Source of the DNA: Alphaproteobacteria bacterium
GTDB taxonomy: Bacteria > Pseudomonadota > Alphaproteobacteria > UBA828
NCBI GenBank assembly: GCA_965243375.1
Contig: CBDEUT010000009.1
Span: 896,401-960,400 of the forward strand
Direction of reading: 5' to 3'
DNA length: 64,000 nucleotides
The notes beneath the pieces were generated by a model that was given only the letters and a program-made list of their open reading frames with translations, searched no databases and was not told where the DNA came from. The translations under genes were made by a program, and so were the position numbers. Each line of letters opens with the position of its first letter. The first letter of the stretch is position 1. Shown piece by piece: positions 7,718 to 15,505 of this stretch.

Positions 7718-9944
7718 TCAGCAATCCCGAGCCTTCGATCTTCTGGCGGAGCCGATCCGACGCTGGATCTGGCAAATGAAGTGGACTGCGCTTCGAGACA
7801 TTCAGGAGCGCGCGATCCCTTACCTGATCGACGGCGATGACGACCTCATCATTGCGGCCGCGACCGCCGGGGGAAAGACGGAGGCGGCGTTCCTGCCGCT
7901 GATTTCGAGGGCCCTCACGACCGGAAGTGGCGAGGGCTTCGACCTGGTCTATGTCGGGCCCCTTCGGGCGCTCATCAACGATCAGTTCTGGCGGCTAGAA
8001 GAGCTGTGTGCGACGCTGGAGATACCGGTCCACCCCTGGCACGGCGACATCTCGCAGGCCGTGAAGGCGCGCGCCAGAAAGAACCCGCGCGGCGTCCTGC
8101 TCATCACGCCCGAATCGCTCGAAGCGATGTTCCTCCTGCGCAGCGCGGAGATACCCCGCCTCTTCGCGGACACCCAAGCCATCGTGATCGACGAGCTTCA
8201 TGCTTTGCTGGATTCCGAGCGGGGCGTTCATCTGCGCTCCCTGCTGACCCGGCTCGAACTCGCGGTCGGCCGTCGCATTCGGCGCGTCGGGTTGTCGGCG
8301 ACTCTGGGAGACATGGCGCTGGCCAATGCCTATCTGCGCCCTGAGGCGCCGGAGAAGGTGGGGCAACTGGTCAGCTCCGACGAGCAGGAGCTGCGTGTTC
8401 AGTTGCGCGCCTACATCGCCGGCCGACGCACAGAGCACCCTAGCCCAGAAGAAGCCGAGTCGAACGGTGCCGATATGCAGGATTCATCTGCGGCACGGGC
8501 CGTTGGCGAGCATATCTTCGATAAGCTTCGGGGAAGCAACAATCTTGTCTTTGCAGGGTCCCGGGGCAACGTCGAGCTCTATGCCGATCTCTTGCGCCGA
8601 ATGTGCGAGGAGAGACGTCTTCCGAACGAGTTCTTCCCTCATCACGCCAGCCTGTCTAGGGAGCATCGCGGCTTCGTGGAGAAGCGCCTCAAGGACGGCA
8701 ATCTGCCGGTCACTTCAATTTGCACGTCCACCCTGGAACTCGGGATCGACATCGGCAACGTGGTATGCGTCGGACAAATTGGCGCGCCATGGTCGGTCGC
8801 GGGACTCAAGCAAAGACTGGGGCGGTCAGGGCGGCGGGACGGCCAACCTTCCGTGCTCCGCATGTACGCCATTGAACCGGAGACCGACGCCGACTCGCAT
8901 CCCATCGACACGTTTCACCTAGGCCTGGTGCGCTCGATTGCCATGGTCGAACTGTTGGTCGAGAGTTGGTGCGAGCCGCCGAGACGGGAGGCGCTCCATC
9001 TCTCGACGTTGACACACCAGATCCTATCTGTGATCGCGGAACGGGGCGGGGCATCGGCGAAGCGGCTCTTTTCGACTCTTTGTGACCGCGGTCCGTTTCG
9101 GACAGTCGATTCAGCGCTATTTGATCGGCTCTTACGCCAGCTTGGCGACCCCGACATCGCACTAATCGAACAGGCGTCGGACGGTACGCTTCTGCTTGGC
9201 CGCGAAGGCGAGCGTGTCGTCGAGCACTACAGTTTCTACGCGGTCTTTCATACACCGCAGGAATACCGCGTCGTCCACGATACGAAGACCCTCGGAACGA
9301 TCCCCGTCGATATGCCGCTGACCCCGGACATGACAATCATATTCGTCGGTCGACGGTGGCGCGTTCTCGAGGTGCACGACAAGGAAAGAGTTATCGAAGT
9401 GACGCCCGACTATGCCGGCAAGCCGCCGCGCTTCGGAGGTGATGCAGGCGACGTACATGAGGTCGTCGTACGCCGCATGCGCGACGTGCTGCTCGCCGAT
9501 ATCGTGCCGCCCTATCTCGACAATACGGCTGCAGAAGTCCTTCGCTTTGCCAGAGCCGCCTATCGGCGGTCCGGCCTCGATGACGTACCCATTCGACCGC
9601 TCGGCGAAGATCGACATCTTCTCGCCCTATGGACTGGAACAGTCGGCACAGTTTCTTTGGCGCTTGTGCTGACGTGTCTTGGCTATCGTGTCGGCACTTA
9701 CGATGGCATTCTGGATGTGACATCACCGCGTTCGTGCACGAGAGGCCTCTCTTCACAGCTTGGGGACATCGCAACTGGAGAACTCGACTTGCCCGACCTC
9801 ATACGAGGCCGAGCAGGCGCACTGATCAACGAGCAGTTCCACCACTATCTCGGAGACGATCTATTGCTTTCAGATGCACTATCGAGGCGGTTGGACCTGA
9901 ATGCAGTACCAGGGATCGCCCAAAGATTGTGCTCACGGTTGTGA
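7692..9944 (+). CDS. DEAD/DEAH-box SF2 helicase (Shango SngC-like)
   Basis: Motif I AATAGGKTEAAF, Ia VGPLRALINDQ, II VIDELHAL, III SAT, VI QRLGRSGRR; start chosen at the ATG at 7692 with a perfect AGGAGG RBS 7 nt upstream (the ORF track starts at 7674); overlaps the upstream ATPase gene by 26 nt. Confidence 0.8.
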   Translation: MTSPASASDQQSRAFDLLAEPIRRWIWQMKWTALRDIQERAIPYLIDGDDDLIIAAATAGGKTEAAFLPLISRALTTGSGEGFDLVYVGPLRALINDQFWRLEELCATLEIPVHPWHGDISQAVKARARKNPRGVLLITPESLEAMFLLRSAEIPRLFADTQAIVIDELHALLDSERGVHLRSLLTRLELAVGRRIRRVGLSATLGDMALANAYLRPEAPEKVGQLVSSDEQELRVQLRAYIAGRRTEHPSPEEAESNGADMQDSSAARAVGEHIFDKLRGSNNLVFAGSRGNVELYADLLRRMCEERRLPNEFFPHHASLSREHRGFVEKRLKDGNLPVTSICTSTLELGIDIGNVVCVGQIGAPWSVAGLKQRLGRSGRRDGQPSVLRMYAIEPETDADSHPIDTFHLGLVRSIAMVELLVESWCEPPRREALHLSTLTHQILSVIAERGGASAKRLFSTLCDRGPFRTVDSALFDRLLRQLGDPDIALIEQASDGTLLLGREGERVVEHYSFYAVFHTPQEYRVVHDTKTLGTIPVDMPLTPDMTIIFVGRRWRVLEVHDKERVIEVTPDYAGKPPRFGGDAGDVHEVVVRRMRDVLLADIVPPYLDNTAAEVLRFARAAYRRSGLDDVPIRPLGEDRHLLALWTGTVGTVSLALVLTCLGYRVGTYDGILDVTSPRSCTRGLSSQLGDIATGELDLPDLIRGRAGALINEQFHHYLGDDLLLSDALSRRLDLNAVPGIAQRLCSRL

Positions 9945-9976
9945 TAAGTGAGCCACTTGACGATATCTGCGGTCAC

Positions 9977-10010
9977 GCACTGGTTCCAGTGCCACATTTC
10001 CTTTTTTTTA
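9977..10010 (+). terminator. candidate intrinsic terminator after the helicase gene
   Basis: Hairpin GCACTGG-TTC-CCAGTGC at 9977-9992, followed after 8 nt by a T8 run (10001-10009); spacing is atypically long. Confidence 0.35.
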
Positions 10011-10249
10011 TACTCATGGAGATGAGATTGACACAGAGACCTACAGGCTGCGAAACGACGAGGCTGTCAAAGCACTTCCTGCTTATCCGTGATTCTCATC
10101 CAGCGATGAGGGTTTTGTAGCGCATGGGGCGGTGCACGCCGCGTTTCGGCTGCTTGCGCGTCAGATCGGCGAACCAGCGATCGATCTGATTGACACTCGG
10201 TTCCGTCGAAAAGCGCAGCTATCGCCCCGCCCCAGTAATCGTATGGAAG

Positions 10250-10640
10250 CACGGAGACAAGACGGTTACCGGCGGCGCGGCGCATTTCCTTCAAGCTCGT
10301 CCCGGCGCTTCTCTGTTTGCGCAGCAAGCCGGGGCCCGGCAACCCCTGGGTGTTTCCCGGCCGCGTGCTCGGTACCCGTCTGCGCACACTGAACGCGTCG
10401 TGGCAGGTCGTTCGCAAGGAGGCCGGGCTCGAAGACGTTCGCCTGCATGACTTGCGCCACTCCTTCGCCTCGCGGGCGCTCGCCCTCGGGGAGAGTCTGC
10501 CGATGATCGGGAAACTGCTCGGTCACACGAAGGTGCAGACGACCGCGCGCTACGCACACCTTGGGAGGCACTCAGTGAAGGTCGCTGCCGTTCGGATACC
10601 CGCTTACCGAGTTGCAGCACTTACAGACTCAGCCTTTGCA
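10250..10640 (+). pseudogene. 3' fragment of a tyrosine integrase gene (remnant)
   Basis: Encodes only the C-terminal catalytic segment ...PWVFPG...LEDVRLHDLRHSFASRALALGESLPMIGKLLGHTKVQTTARYAHL, about 70% identical to the intact integrase at 12764-13945, then diverges; no N-terminal domain. Confidence 0.6.
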
Positions 10641-10874
10641 CAACGACAGCAACTGGGCAGAGTCACGCGGGCGCTCCGCCGCGGGGAGTCCCCATTCTGC
10701 ACCGAGCTGCGGAATGTTTCCTGACCGGCCACATCCATAGACTACCGGACACTCCCAACAGGAACACCACCGCAGCAATCCATCCGTTGTCACGCTTCCA
10801 CTTGGACCTAGTACCATTGACTCGATGGAATTACTATACGCGTAGAAGCCATTCAGATCAGGTACGGTTCCGCT

Positions 10875-12353
10875 ATGCCCCAGCAAGTCTATCGGATTCG
10901 CAGCGCCAAACATCTTATTGGCGAATATCATGAATTCCAAAAACAGGAAATCTACTTCGCCAAACCGGACGAACTCAACGATCCTATGGAAGGGCTTCGG
11001 AACATAGTTTGGAGAGGCGATGCGATCATGTGGGAAAACTTCTTTCGACACTACATATCGTGCCTGAATCACACTGTAGTCTTGGTCAAAGTGCTTGGAA
11101 ATAACACTATCGTACAAGCAGAACAAATCCCAATTTGCGGACTGGCAGACGAACATGAAACCCCAATGACGGCTGCAATTCTTGAGGAACTATGTTCCAG
11201 TGTTTTCGATAAATGCAAGCTCCACGCGTTGATACAAGATTTGGCAAATACGAATCACGCGGTCAGACGTGATGAACTGCTTGTCTACCTCAAACACATT
11301 CACTACATCACACTCGGAGAAATACAAAACATCCATATACGTCACAGCATGGCTTCAGGAGAAGCTCGACCCACTCCTCTTCAAGACCCGTTGGAGCTGC
11401 TTCAAGACCCGTTTGAGCTGCCCGAAAACATTCCCACATTGATTCAACGGCTCTATGAAGAGCAACCGGAAATCGCTCGGCCAGCATTGGCTGCTCTATT
11501 TTCTGTTTCGAATCTATTGTTCGATAACATGAATCTGATGCACAAGTACAGCAGTTCTCGACAGAACGATGGAAGCGAAACCCGCGCAAAGCAAAACCGC
11601 GAGTTCATTGTGCTCGATTTTCCGAGAAAATACCTTACTCGACTACCACGTATTCTATATCCTGATTGGTATGTCTCCTGCTTTCTTGAGGACTGTCGAA
11701 ATTCTTCCATATGGGGGCACTATGGAGATAATCATAAGGGGGCCTGTTTGATTTTCGATGCAAATGAAGACTCCGGACAGCTTGGACTGGAATTGAGGCG
11801 CATTACTGGTTTTTCTGGTCATCGTGACAAAAGCTTCGGCGAGATGACAACGAGATCGACATGGAATTACTCTTTGATGACGCTTTATAGTGTAGAATAT
11901 GAGGAAGAGTTGAGGGAGCTAGATTTTTTTCGTTCTATAGGTGTACTTCCCACAGGTCGACTTCTGTCCAAATGGTACACCGACCACGCGGGTAACCGCA
12001 GTATCTGCAGCGACCACATCGGGTCCGGTAACGAGGACTCGTGGCGTGAAGCGTATTGGGAGAAGTTCCATCAAGACATAGTCATAAAATCGCACGACTG
12101 GTCCTATGAGAAGGAAATGCGAATGATCCTAAGCAGTTCGATCTCGGACTTTACGGCAAAGACGTCGCGCAAGCTGACCTATCGATTTTCAAGCTTGAGA
12201 GGAGTTATTTTCGGGATCAGTATGACAGACAATGATAAGATGAAAATTATTGATATCGTGTTTGAAAAATGTCGCAACGAGAACAGGAATGATTTGAATT
12301 TTTTCAGGCATATTACAACCACGAGACGAAAGCTATCGAGAGGCATAGGTTGA
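10875..12353 (+). CDS. DUF2971-like protein (candidate standalone defence/Abi-type gene) in an AT-rich islet
   Basis: 492 aa; N-terminal motif VYRIRSAKHLIGEYHEFQKQEIYFAKPDELNDPMEG resembles the DUF2971 signature (LYKYRS...FS.P..FNDPFE) recalled from memory; gene and flanks (about 10640-12360) visibly much lower GC than surroundings. Confidence 0.65.
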   Translation: MPQQVYRIRSAKHLIGEYHEFQKQEIYFAKPDELNDPMEGLRNIVWRGDAIMWENFFRHYISCLNHTVVLVKVLGNNTIVQAEQIPICGLADEHETPMTAAILEELCSSVFDKCKLHALIQDLANTNHAVRRDELLVYLKHIHYITLGEIQNIHIRHSMASGEARPTPLQDPLELLQDPFELPENIPTLIQRLYEEQPEIARPALAALFSVSNLLFDNMNLMHKYSSSRQNDGSETRAKQNREFIVLDFPRKYLTRLPRILYPDWYVSCFLEDCRNSSIWGHYGDNHKGACLIFDANEDSGQLGLELRRITGFSGHRDKSFGEMTTRSTWNYSLMTLYSVEYEEELRELDFFRSIGVLPTGRLLSKWYTDHAGNRSICSDHIGSGNEDSWREAYWEKFHQDIVIKSHDWSYEKEMRMILSSSISDFTAKTSRKLTYRFSSLRGVIFGISMTDNDKMKIIDIVFEKCRNENRNDLNFFRHITTTRRKLSRGIG

Positions 12354-12763
12354 ACATTAAGATACCACAGGAATGACGCGGAAGTATGTTTTCGTCGAGA
12401 TCAGCTAAGGGGCTGTCAGGTGATTAGCGTCTCACTACATGTCATGCACTTTGCGAACCGCACCGCACCACACATGCCGATGCTGCACAATGCGTCGCAT
12501 GATCCAGATTGAACGCCGAACCTGTTCTCCGCTGCGCACGCTTCGATTAGGGGAGGTCTCCGGTCGGCTTGCGGTCAGCCAGGACGCCCGCTCACTCGGT
12601 CGGCCATGCGCTGGCAAACGATTTCCCGAATCCTTCCTTTGCAGAACGCGACAAGGCGGGAGAGTCTTTGCTGAATCTCATGCGGGTCGGCATTAGGATC
12701 GGGCTGCATCCCCGCCACGGCCGAACCCGGAGAGCTGTTTGTGCAGGTCGTCGACCAGGGTCC

Positions 12764-13945
12764 CTACAGGATGTCGCTGGCAATGCTGTCTGCGATCCGC
12801 TCCGCCGCCTCGTGAACCGAGTCCTGCGCAAGATGGGCGTAGCGCGCCGTCGTCTCGATATCGTGGTGTCCAAGCAGCTTGCCGATCACCGGAAGGGTCT
12901 CGCCGAGTGCGAGCGCCCGGGAGGCAAAGCTGTGTCGGAGGTCGTGCAGCCGCACGTCCTCCAGATCGGCACCGGCCCGGACAATGCGCCAGGCACGGTC
13001 GAGGCCGCCGCTGAGGCGTCCGTCGCGGTCGCCGCCCGGAAACACCCAGGGGCCGTCGTTCCGACGCGGCAGCGTCTCCAGAAGCCCCACCGCCGCCGAC
13101 GGAAGCTGGACCGTGCGGGGACCAGACTTGGCGTCGGCGAGGCGGAGCTCGCCGGCTTCGGGGTCGACGTCCGTCCAGCGCAACGTGAGGATCTCGCTCT
13201 TGCGGCAGCCGGTCAGCATCAGCAGGTGGATCGCCGTCACGGCAAGCGGCGAAACGGCGCCGCTGTCGAGGGCCTCGTGCAGCGCCTGTCCGAGGCGGTC
13301 GAACTCGGCATCGGTCAGGAAGCGCTCGCGGGAGCGCTCGGGATACTTCTCCACCGAGCGGCAGGGATTGAAGCCCTCGGGCGCCAGGCCCCAGCCCTCG
13401 GCCAGACGGTACATGTGCGACAGGACCTTGACCGCCCGGTTCGCCGTGACCGGGCGGTCCGACAGTTCGCGGTGCAGCTCGACGACGTGGCTTCGTTCCA
13501 CCGCCTCCAGGGGCAGCCTGCCGAGGGCCGGCAGGATGTGGCGGCGGAGCACACCACTGACGCTCGTCTGCGTCCTCGGTTTCAGCCTCGCCTCGACATG
13601 CTCCTCCAGGTAGCGCTCGGCAAGATCGGCCACGGTGGGCCCGCCGTTGAGCCTGGCGGCGAGCGGCAGGGGCACCGGGTCCTCGCACGCCCTGATGCGC
13701 GCGATGATGAGCGCCGCCCGCTGGCGGGCCTCCTCGGCATTGAGCACGCCGTGGCGGCCGACCGTCACCCGCTTCGGCAGCCTGTTGCCCGTCCGCTCCC
13801 TGGCCTGGGCGACGTAGACCTTGCCGCCGGACGGATAGACCCGGATCCCGAAGCCGGTCAGGTCCCGGTCCCAGAACACGGTGTCGCGGTCGACTTCCAG
13901 CGCTGCCACGGTGCGGTTGGAGAGGGTCTTCTTCTGCACTGCCAT
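12764..13945 (-). CDS. int: tyrosine recombinase / phage-type integrase (copy 1)
   Basis: 393 aa from the ATG with GAGGAGG RBS (MAVQKKTLSNRTVAALEV...); N-terminal arm-binding (DUF4102-like) region, C-terminal HDLRHSFAS...TTARYAHL with catalytic Tyr. Confidence 0.9.
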   Translation of the reverse strand: MAVQKKTLSNRTVAALEVDRDTVFWDRDLTGFGIRVYPSGGKVYVAQARERTGNRLPKRVTVGRHGVLNAEEARQRAALIIARIRACEDPVPLPLAARLNGGPTVADLAERYLEEHVEARLKPRTQTSVSGVLRRHILPALGRLPLEAVERSHVVELHRELSDRPVTANRAVKVLSHMYRLAEGWGLAPEGFNPCRSVEKYPERSRERFLTDAEFDRLGQALHEALDSGAVSPLAVTAIHLLMLTGCRKSEILTLRWTDVDPEAGELRLADAKSGPRTVQLPSAAVGLLETLPRRNDGPWVFPGGDRDGRLSGGLDRAWRIVRAGADLEDVRLHDLRHSFASRALALGETLPVIGKLLGHHDIETTARYAHLAQDSVHEAAERIADSIASDIL

Positions 13946-13956
13946 GTTGCGCCTCC

Positions 13957-15141
13957 TCACGCCGCCTCGGCACGGCCGCGCAGGACGTGGGCGGCGATGC
14001 TGTCGCCGGTCCGCGCGGCGGCGGCCTTCTCCGCGTCGCGCACCAGGTGGGCGTACTTGGCGGTGGTGCCAACCGTGACATGACCCAGCAGCCTACCGAT
14101 CACCGGCAGGCCCTCGCCAAGGGCCAGCGCCCGCGAGGCGTAGCTATGGCGCAGGTCGTGGACGCGCACATCGTGGAGTCCGGTCTCTCTCCTGATCCTC
14201 CGCCAGTACGAGGAAAGACAGGCCAGTCGGGAACCGGGCTTCGTGCCCCGCAGTACCCAGGGAACTCCCTCGGCCCGCTTGATGCCGTCCAGCACTTTCA
14301 GCACCGGCCCGGTCAGCGGCACCATGCGCGGCCCGGTCTTCGAATCGCGCAAGCGCAAGACGCGCGCCGTGCGGTCGACGTCGTCCCATTTCAGGGTGAG
14401 GATCTCGTCCGTGCGGCAGCCGGTGAGCATCAGCAGGCGGATCGCGGCGATCGCCGAGGGCACCATCGAGCCCTCGGATTCGAACATCTTCAGCGCCGTC
14501 CCCAGCCGCCGGAACTCCTCCGGAGTCAGGAAGCGCTCGCGGGACTTCCCTCGGTAATGGCGGACATGCCGGCTCGGCTTGCGGCCGGGCGGTACCATCC
14601 CCCAGCTCTCGCCCAACGACAAGATCTTCGACAGCACCCACATCGCCTGGTTGGCCGCCGCCGGCGTCGCCCGCAGCTTGTGGTGGAGCGCCGTGAGGTC
14701 TTCGGACCCGACATCCTCGAGCGCCTTCGTCCCCAGGGCCGGGAGGATATGGTTCCGGATCGACACCCGGTAGTTCCTGGCTGTGCTCGGCTTGCAGCGC
14801 GTCTCGACGTAGTTCTTGAGCACGAGTTCGGACAGGTCGGCGACGGTGGGCGGTGGCGGCGCTTTCGACGGCTTGGGGTCCTCGCCCCGCTTGATGCGGT
14901 CGATGACGACGGCGGCCTCGCGCCGGCGGTCCTCGACGGTCTTGGTGCCGACCCGTCCGAGCGTCACCCGCTTCAGGCCCGCCGGTCCCCTGGACTGAAC
15001 GATGTAGAGCTTGCGTCCGGTGGCATGCACCCGCACGCCGAAGCCGGCAAGGTCGCGGTCCCAGAAGATCGTGTCCTTGCCGCCGGCCTTGAGCCCGTCC
15101 ACAATCCGCTTGGTCAGTCTGAGGGTGCTGCGCTTCGGCAT
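13957..15141 (-). CDS. int: tyrosine recombinase / phage-type integrase (copy 2, tandem paralogue)
   Basis: 394 aa from MPKRSTLRLTKRIVDG (RBS GGGGAGAGAAACC); same domain layout, VHDLRHSYASRAL...TAKYAHL; stop 12 nt upstream of the copy-1 start. Confidence 0.9.
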   Translation of the reverse strand: MPKRSTLRLTKRIVDGLKAGGKDTIFWDRDLAGFGVRVHATGRKLYIVQSRGPAGLKRVTLGRVGTKTVEDRRREAAVVIDRIKRGEDPKPSKAPPPPTVADLSELVLKNYVETRCKPSTARNYRVSIRNHILPALGTKALEDVGSEDLTALHHKLRATPAAANQAMWVLSKILSLGESWGMVPPGRKPSRHVRHYRGKSRERFLTPEEFRRLGTALKMFESEGSMVPSAIAAIRLLMLTGCRTDEILTLKWDDVDRTARVLRLRDSKTGPRMVPLTGPVLKVLDGIKRAEGVPWVLRGTKPGSRLACLSSYWRRIRRETGLHDVRVHDLRHSYASRALALGEGLPVIGRLLGHVTVGTTAKYAHLVRDAEKAAAARTGDSIAAHVLRGRAEAA

Positions 15142-15264
15142 GGTTTCTCTCCCCGAAGGCGTTCGTCCAAAGGATGGCGAAGATGAGGAAGCCGATGGAA
15201 ACTCCGGGCTCCATCTCTCCACCCCTGGAGCCGCTGGCCTCTTCCTCCCTTTCTATCACCGCGT

Positions 15265-15420
15265 GAGAAAGCGTTCGGTCACGCAGTGATGAGAGTGGTG
15301 GATTCAACGATTGAGTGTTCGCTTCCAGTCCTTGCGGAGGGGCCGCAACCAGACGTCCTTTTTCGGCTGGGCTCGCTTCGTATGCCTGTCATAGCGTCCT
15401 CTTCCCTGGGTGGTGCCGAC
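15265..15420 (+). repeat. left 156-bp terminal inverted repeat
   Basis: GAGAAAGCGTTCGGTCACGCAGTGATGAGAGTGGTGGATTCAACG...GGTGGTGCCGAC; direct comparison with the reverse complement of 18862-19017. Confidence 0.85.
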
Positions 15421-15505
15421 GCAGTGATGGAATGGGCTGAGGTCATTTTCGGCACCCTCAACAAGACACTGGTAACGCCAACGACGATTCGATATCGTCG
15501 CGCGC

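Noticed and set aside
12569-14083. Long ORFs 12569-14083(+), 12693-14081(-), 13987-15186(+), 14144-15307(-) overlapping the integrase genes
   Set aside because: They are Arg/Gly/Pro/Ala-rich translations antisense or out-of-frame to two clearly recognisable integrase genes. This is typical GC-rich spurious ORFs.
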